64,000 nucleotides of DNA from NCBI GenBank assembly GCA_964057225.1, contig OZ059900.1, positions 7,750,001-7,814,000 of the forward strand. The letters are read 5' to 3'. Of this stretch, positions 56,168 through 64,000 are shown in pieces. Positions within the stretch are counted from its first letter, which is position 1, and each line of letters starts with the position of its first letter. Under the pieces are notes generated by a model. The model saw only the letters and a list, made by a program, of their open reading frames with translations. It searched no databases and was not told the DNA's origin. This stretch comes from Auanema rhodensis (Eukaryota > Animalia > Nematoda). A program made the translations under genes and the position numbers.

Positions 56168-59100
56168 CTCAAAACGCCATATATTCAACGATTTTGGGTA
56201 CAAAACATGTGAAAACTGTATGTTTTGATCAGACCCTTTGAGATATGGATTTGAAATTCAGGATTCATAAACTTTGACTATTTTTACATATATATGTCCA
56301 ATTTTAACCACTTTGGTCGAAAAGGACCGAAAATATCAAGAATTATTGGTTTTTTGGGGATTGAAGGGCATTTTGGCAAAATCAGTCAAACTTTTGATCT
56401 TAAGCATATTTTTTTCTTCTAAAACGACTAAATGTATGAAATACTGTCATAGAATGTTCATATAGGTGTATTTTGCACGAATATCAAAACTGATTGAAAT
56501 ATGGGCCTTTTTATGTTCAAAACGCCATATATTCAACGATTTTGGGTACAAAACATGTGAAAACTGTATGTTTTGATCAGACCCTTTGAGATATGGATTT
56601 GAAATTCAGGATTCATAAACTTTGACTACTTTTACATATATATGTCCAATTTTAACCACTTTGGTCAAAAAGGACCGAAAATATCAAGAATTATTGGTTT
56701 TTTGGGGATTGAAGGGCATTTTGGCAAAATCAGTCAAACTTTTGATCTTAAGCATATTTTTTTCTTCTAAAACGACTAAATGTATGAAATACTGTCATAG
56801 AATGTTCATATAGGTGTATTTTGCACGAATATCAAAACTGATTGAAATATGGGCCTTTTTATGCTCAAAACGCCATATATTCAACGATTTTGGGTACAAA
56901 ACATGTGAAAACTGTATGTTTTGATCAGACCCTTTGAGATATGGATTTGAAATTCAGGATTCATAAACTTCGACTATTTCTACATATATATGTCCAATTT
57001 TAACCACGTTGGTCAAAAAGGACCGAAAATATCAAGAATTATTGGTTTTTTGGGGTTTGAAGGGCATTTTGGCAAAATCAGTCAAACTTTTGATCTTAAG
57101 CATGTTTTTTTCTTCTAAAACGACTAAATGTATGAAATACTGTCAAAGAATGTTCATATAGGTGTATTTTGCACGAATATCAAAACTGATTGAAATATGG
57201 GTCTTTTTATGCTCAAAACGCCATATATTCAACGATTTTGGGTACAAAACATGTGAAAACTGTATGTTTTGATCAGACCCTTTGAGATATGGATTTGAAA
57301 TTCAGGATTCATAAACTTTGACTATTTTTACATATATATGTCCAATTTTAACCACTTTGGTCGAAAAGGACCGAAAATATCAAGAATTATTGGTTTTTTG
57401 GGGTTTGAAGGGCATTTTGGCAAAATCAGTCAAACTTTTGATCTTAAGCATATTTTTTTCTTCTAAAACGACTAAATGTATGAAATACTGTCATAGAATG
57501 TTCATATAGGTGTATTTTGCACGAATATCAAAACTGATTGAAATATGGGCCTTTTTATGCTCAAAACGCCATATATTCAACGATTTTGGGTACAAAACAT
57601 GTGAAAACTGTATGTTTTGATCAGACCCTTTGAGATATGGATTTGAGATTCAGGATTCATAAACTTTGACTATTTTTACATATATATGTCCAATTTTAAC
57701 CACTTTGGTCAAAAAGGACCGAAAATATCAAGAATTATTGTTTTTTTGGGGTTTGAAGGGCATTTTGGCTAAATCAGTCAAACTTTTGATCTTAAGCATA
57801 TTTTTTTCTTCTAAAACGACTAAATGTATGAAATACTGTCAAAGAATGTTCATATAGGTGTATTTTGCACGAATATCAAAACTGATTGAAATATGGGCCT
57901 TTTTATGCTCAAAACGCCATATATTCAACGATTTTGGGTACAAAACATGTGAAAACTGTATGTTTTGATCAGACCCTTTGAGATATGGATTTAAAATTCA
58001 GGATTCATAAAATTCGACTATTTTTACATATATATGTCCAATTTTAACCACTTTGGTCAAAAAGGACCGAAAATATCAAGAATTATTGGTTTTTTGGGGT
58101 TTGAAGGGCATTTTGGCAAAATCAGTCAAACTTTTGATCTTAAGCATATTTTTTTCTTCTAAAACGACTAAATGTATGAAATACTGTCATAGAATGTTCA
58201 TATAGGTGTATTTTGCACGAATATCAAAACTGATTGAAATATGGGCCTTTTTATGTTCAAAACGCCATATATTCAACGATTTTGGGTACAAAACATGTGA
58301 AAACTGTATGTTTTGATCAGACCCTTTGAGATATGGATTTGAAATTCAGGATTCATAAACTTTGACTATTTTTACATATATATGTCCATTTTTAACCACT
58401 TTGGTCGAAAAGGACCGAAAATATCAAGAATTATTGGTTTTTTGGGGATTGAAGGGCATTTTGGCAAAATCAGTCAAACTTTTGATCTTAAGCATATTTT
58501 TTTCTTCTAAAACGACTAAATGTATGAAATACTGTCATAGAATGTTCATATAGGTGTATTTTGCACGAATATCAAAACTGATTGAAATATGGGCCTTTTT
58601 ATGTTCAAAACGCCATATATTCAACGATTTTGGGTACAAAACATGTGAAAACTGTATGTTTTGATCAGACCCTTTGAGATATGGATTTGGAATTCAGGAT
58701 TCATAAACTTTGACTATTTTTACATATATATGTTCAATTTTAACCACTTTGGTCAAAAAGGACCGAAAATATCAAGAATTATTGGTTTTTTGGGGTTTGA
58801 AGGGCATTTTGGCTAAATCAGTCAAACTTTTGATCTTAAGCATATTTTTTTCTTCTAAAACGACTAAATGTATGAAATACTGTCATAGAATGTTCATATA
58901 GGTGTATTTTGCACGAATATCAAAACTGATTGAAATATGGGCCTTTTTATGTTCAAAACGCCATATATTCAACGATTTTGGGTACAAAACATGTGAAAAC
59001 TGTATGTTTTGATCAGACCCTTTGAGATATGGATTTGAAATTCAGGATTCATAAACTTTGACTATTTTTACATATATATGTCCAATTTTAACCACTTTGG

Positions 59101-60691
59101 TCAAAAAGGACCGAAAATATCAAGAATTATTGGTTTTTTGGGGATTGAAGGGCATTTTGGCAAAATCAGTCAAACTTTTGATCTTAAGCATATTTTTTTC
59201 TTCTAAAACGACTAAATGTATGAAATACTGTCATAGAATGTTCATATAGGTGTATTTTGCACAAATATCAAAACTGATTGAAATATGGGCCTTTTTATGC
59301 TCAAAACGCCATATATTCAACGATTTTGGGTACAAAACATGTGAAAACGGTATGTTTTGATCAGACCCTTTGAGATATGGATTTGAAATTCAGGATTCAT
59401 AAACTTTGACTATTTTTACATATATATGTCCAATTTTAACCACTTTGGTCAAAAAGGACCGAAAATATCAAGAATTATTGGTTTTTTGGGGATTGAAGGG
59501 CATTTTGGCAAAATCAGTCAAACTTTTGATCTTAAGCATATTTTTTTCTTCTAAAACGACTAAATGTATGAAATACTGTCATAGAATGTTCATATAGGTG
59601 TATTTTGCACGAATATCAAAACTGATTGAAATATGGGCCTTTTTATGTTCAAAACGCCATATATTCAACGATTTTGGGTACAAAACATGTGAAAACGGTA
59701 TGTTTTGATCAGACCCTTTGAGATATGGATTTGAAATTCAGGATTCATAAACTTTGACTATTTTTACATATATATGTCCAATTTTAACCACTTTGGTCAA
59801 AAAGGACCGAAAATATCAAGAATTATTGGTTTTTTGGGGTTTGAAGGGCATTTTGGCAAAATCAGTCAAACTTTTGATCTTAAGCATGTTTTTTTCTTCT
59901 AAAACGACTAAATGTATGAAATACTGTCAAAGAATGTTCATATAGGTGTATTTTGCACGAATATCAAAACTGATTGAAATATGGGCCTTTTTATGCTCAA
60001 AACGCCATATATTCAACGATTTTGGGTACAAAACATGTGAAAACTGTATGTTTTGATCAGACCCTTTGAGATATGGATTTAAAATTCAGGATTCATAAAC
60101 TTTGACTATTTTTACATATATATGTCCAATTTTAACCACTTTGGTCAAAAAGGACCGAAAATATCAAGAATTATTGGTTTTTTGGGGTTTGAAGGGCATT
60201 TTGGCAAAATCAGTCAAACTTTTGATCTTAAGCATATTTTTTTCTTCTAAAACGACTAAATGTATGAAATACTGTCAAAGAATGTTCATATAGGTGTATT
60301 TTGCACGAATATCAAAACTGATTGAAATATGGGCCTTTTTATGTTCAAAACGCCATATATTCAACGATTTTGGGTACAAAACATGTGAAAACTGTATGTT
60401 TTGATCAGACCCTTTGAGATATGGATTTAAAATTCAGGATTCATAAAATTCGACTATTTTTACATATATATGTCCAATTTTAACCACTTTGGTCAAAAAG
60501 GACCGAAAATATCAAGAATTATTGGTTTTTTGGGGATTGAAGGGCATTTTGGCAAAATCAGTCAAACTTTTGATCTTAAGCATATTTTTTTCTTCTAAAA
60601 CGACTAAATGTATGAAATACTGTCATAGAATGTTCATATAGGTGTATTTTGCACAAATATCAAAACTGATTGAAATATGGGCCTTTTTATG

Positions 60692-63600
60692 CTCAAAACG
60701 CCATATATTCAACGATTTTGGGTACAAAACATGTGAAAACTGTATGTTTTGATCAGACCCTTTGAGATATGGATTTGAAATTCAGGATTCATAAACTTTG
60801 ACTATTTTTACATATATATGTCCAATTTTAACCACTTTGGTCAAAAAGGACCGAAAATATCAAGAATTATTGGTTTTTTGGGGTTTGAAGGGCATTTTGG
60901 CAAAATCAGTCAAACTTTTGATCTTAAGCATATTTTTTTCTTCTAAAACGACTAAATGTATGAAATACTGTCAAAGAATGTTCATATAGGTGTATTTTGC
61001 ACGAATATCAAAACTGATTGAAATATGGGCCTTTTTATGTTCAAAACGCCATATATTCAACGATTTTGGGTACAAAACATGTGAAAACTGTATGTTTTGA
61101 TCAGACCCTTTGAGATATGGATTTGGAATTCAGGATTCATAAACTTTGACTATTTTTACATATATATGTTCAATTTTAACCACTTTGGTCAAAAAGGACC
61201 GAAAATATCAAGAATTATTGGTTTTTTGGGGTTTGAAGGGCATTTTGGCTAAATCAGTCAAACTTTTGATCTTAAGCATATTTTTTTCTTCTAAAACGAC
61301 TAAATGTATGAAATACTGTCAAAGAATGTTCATATAGGTGTATTTTGCACGAATATCAAAACTGATTGAAATATGGGCCTTTTTATGCTCAAAACGCCAT
61401 ATATTCAACGATTTTGGGTACAAAACATGTGAAAACTGTATGTTTTGATCAGACCCTTTGAGATATGGATTTGGAATTCAGGATTCATAAACTTTGACTA
61501 TTTTTACATATATATGTTCAATTTTAACCACTTTGGTCAAAAAGGACCGAAAATATCAAGAATTATTGGTTTTTTGGGGTTTGAAGGGCATTTTGGCTAA
61601 ATCAGTCAAACTTTTGATCTTAAGCATATTTTTTTCTTCTAAAACGACTAAATGTATGAAATACTGTCATAGAATGTTCATATAGGTGTGTTTTGCACGA
61701 ATATCAAAACTGATTGAAATATGGGCCTTTTTATGTTCAAAACGCCATATATTCAACGATTTTGGGTACAAAACATGTGAAAACTGTATGTTTTGATCAG
61801 ACCCTTTGAGATATGGATTTGGAATTCAGGATTCATAAACTTTGACTATTTTTACATATATATGTTCAATTTTAACCACTTTGGTCAAAAAGGACCGAAA
61901 ATATCAAGAATTATTGGTTTTTTGGGGTTTGAAGGGCATTTTGGCTAAATCAGTCAAACTTTTGATCTTAAGCATATTTTTTTCTTCTAAAACGACTAAA
62001 TGTATGAAATACTGTCAAAGAATGTTCATATAGGTGTATTTTGCACGAATATCAAAACTGATTGAAATATGGGCCTTTTTATGCTCAAAACGCCATATAT
62101 TCAACGATTTTGGGTACAAAACATGTGAAAACTGTATGTTTTGATCAGACCCTTTGAGATATGGATTTGAAATTCAGGATTCATAAACTTTGACTATTTT
62201 TACATATATATGTCCAATTTTAACCACTTTGGTCAAAAAGGACCGAAAATATCAAGAATTATTGGTTTTTTGGGGATTGAAGGGCATTTTGGCAAAATCA
62301 GTCAAACTTTTGATCTTAAGCATATTTTTTTCTTCTAAAACGACTAAATGTATGAAATACTGTCATAGAATGTTCATATAGGTGTATTTTGCACAAATAT
62401 CAAAACTGATTGAAATATGGGCCTTTTTATGCTCAAAACGCCATATATTCAACGATTTTGGGTACAAAACATGTGAAAACTGTATGTTTTGATCAGACCC
62501 TTTGAGATATGGATTTGAAATTCAGGATTCATAAACTTTGACTATTTTTACATATATATGTCCAATTTTAACCACTTTGGTCAAAAAGGACCGAAAATAT
62601 CAAGAATTATTGGTTTTTTGGGGTTTGAAGGGCATTTTGGCAAAATCAGTCAAACTTTTGATCTTAAGCATATTTTTTTCTTCTAAAACGACTAAATGTA
62701 TGAAATACTGTCAAAGAATGTTCATATAGGTGTATTTTGCACGAATATCAAAACTGATTGAAATATGGGCCTTTTTATGTTCAAAACGCCATATATTCAA
62801 CGATTTTGGGTACAAAACATGTGAAAACTGTATGTTTTGATCAGACCCTTTGAGATATGGATTTGGAATTCAGGATTCATAAACTTTGACTATTTTTACA
62901 TATATATGTTCAATTTTAACCACTTTGGTCAAAAAGGACCGAAAATATCAAGAATTATTGGTTTTTTGGGGTTTGAAGGGCATTTTGGCTAAATCAGTCA
63001 AACTTTTGATCTTAAGCATATTTTTTTCTTCTAAAACGACTAAATGTATGAAATACTGTCAAAGAATGTTCATATAGGTGTATTTTGCACGAATATCAAA
63101 ACTGATTGAAATATGGGCCTTTTTATGCTCAAAACGCCATATATTCAACGATTTTGGGTACAAAACATGTGAAAACTGTATGTTTTGATCAGACCCTTTG
63201 AGATATGGATTTGGAATTCAGGATTCATAAACTTTGACTATTTTTACATATATATGTTCAATTTTAACCACTTTGGTCAAAAAGGACCGAAAATATCAAG
63301 AATTATTGGTTTTTTGGGGTTTGAAGGGCATTTTGGCTAAATCAGTCAAACTTTTGATCTTAAGCATATTTTTTTCTTCTAAAACGACTAAATGTATGAA
63401 ATACTGTCATAGAATGTTCATATAGGTGTGTTTTGCACGAATATCAAAACTGATTGAAATATGGGCCTTTTTATGTTCAAAACGCCATATATTCAACGAT
63501 TTTGGGTACAAAACATGTGAAAACTGTATGTTTTGATCAGACCCTTTGAGATATGGATTTGGAATTCAGGATTCATAAACTTTGACTATTTTTACATATA

Positions 63601-64000
63601 TATGTTCAATTTTAACCACTTTGGTCAAAAAGGACCGAAAATATCAAGAATTATTGGTTTTTTGGGGTTTGAAGGGCATTTTGGCTAAATCAGTCAAACT
63701 TTTGATCTTAAGCATATTTTTTTCTTCTAAAACGACTAAATGTATGAAATACTGTCAAAGAATGTTCATATAGGTGTATTTTGCACGAATATCAAAACTG
63801 ATTGAAATATGGGCCTTTTTATGCTCAAAACGCCATATATTCAACGATTTTGGGTACAAAACATGTGAAAACTGTATGTTTTGATCAGACCCTTTGAGAT
63901 ATGGATTTGAAATTCAGGATTCATAAACTTTGACTATTTTTACATATATATGTCCAATTTTAACCACTTTGGTCAAAAAGGACCGAAAATATCAAGAATT
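60692..64000 (+). repeat. Tandem duplication of a 5-monomer block, 1740-bp period (second copy runs off the window end)
   Basis: A private GGTGTGTTTT variant occurs at 61690 and 63430. The ORF variant series 60798-62190 is repeated from 62538. Confidence 0.92.

Larger units (their letters stand above)
1..64000. repeat. Tandem satellite DNA array, 348-bp monomer, ~184.5 copies, all in the same orientation; extends beyond both window ends
   Basis: TTCAAAACGCCATATATTCAACG at 1 recurs at 349, 697 (C variant), 1045 and onward. ORF-track starts are spaced in multiples of 348. Phase check: last ORF start 63582 - 107 + 209 (197-bp deletion + 13 single-base deletions - 1 insertion) = 183 x 348 exactly. 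Monomers differ by only a few substitutions. Confidence 0.99.

Noticed and set aside
1499-63773. About 90 near-identical 63-87 aa ORFs (MTIFTYICPILTTLVKKDRKYQELL...) resembling a tandem gene array
   Set aside because: They begin at TTG, not ATG, and exist only when the C/T SNP at monomer position 108 gives TTG. Frameshifting 1-bp indels and stop read-through variants occur freely. I recognise no protein family or gene structure, and short ORFs are expected by chance in any amplified 348-bp unit.
1-64000. CRISPR-like or other repeat-spacer array
   Set aside because: There are no unique spacers; the entire 348-bp unit is repeated and no cas or other genes are present.
1-64000. Pure assembly artefact or collapsed/concatemeric repeat
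   Set aside because: Monomers carry structured, hierarchically shared variants and private SNPs rather than being identical or randomly erroneous. Individual block duplications still need long-read confirmation.

Overview
The whole 64-kb window is one uninterrupted, head-to-tail tandem array of a 348-bp AT-rich monomer (about 31% GC, counted on monomer 1). It holds 184 units, one of them truncated, plus a final partial unit. This is typical eukaryotic satellite DNA, plausibly centromeric or pericentromeric; the organism cannot be identified from the sequence. I found no genes, RNA genes, transposons, inversions or unique sequence. The 63-87 aa ORFs are by-products of the repeat: they appear or vanish with single SNPs that create a TTG start or remove a stop. 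The informative structure is in the variation. Monomers differ at about 13 shared polymorphic sites that define recurring subtypes, arranged in a loosely conserved ~8-monomer higher-order cycle. Private SNPs mark local block duplications at spacings of 3, 4, 5, 7, 9 and 11 monomers, and rare variant runs recur at ~25-30 kb. There is one 197-bp deletion at 8046/8047, thirteen 1-bp deletions and one 1-bp insertion, which together account exactly for the 209-bp phase drift across the window. I see no evidence for a novel protein- or RNA-based system; the interest lies in satellite architecture and evolution.
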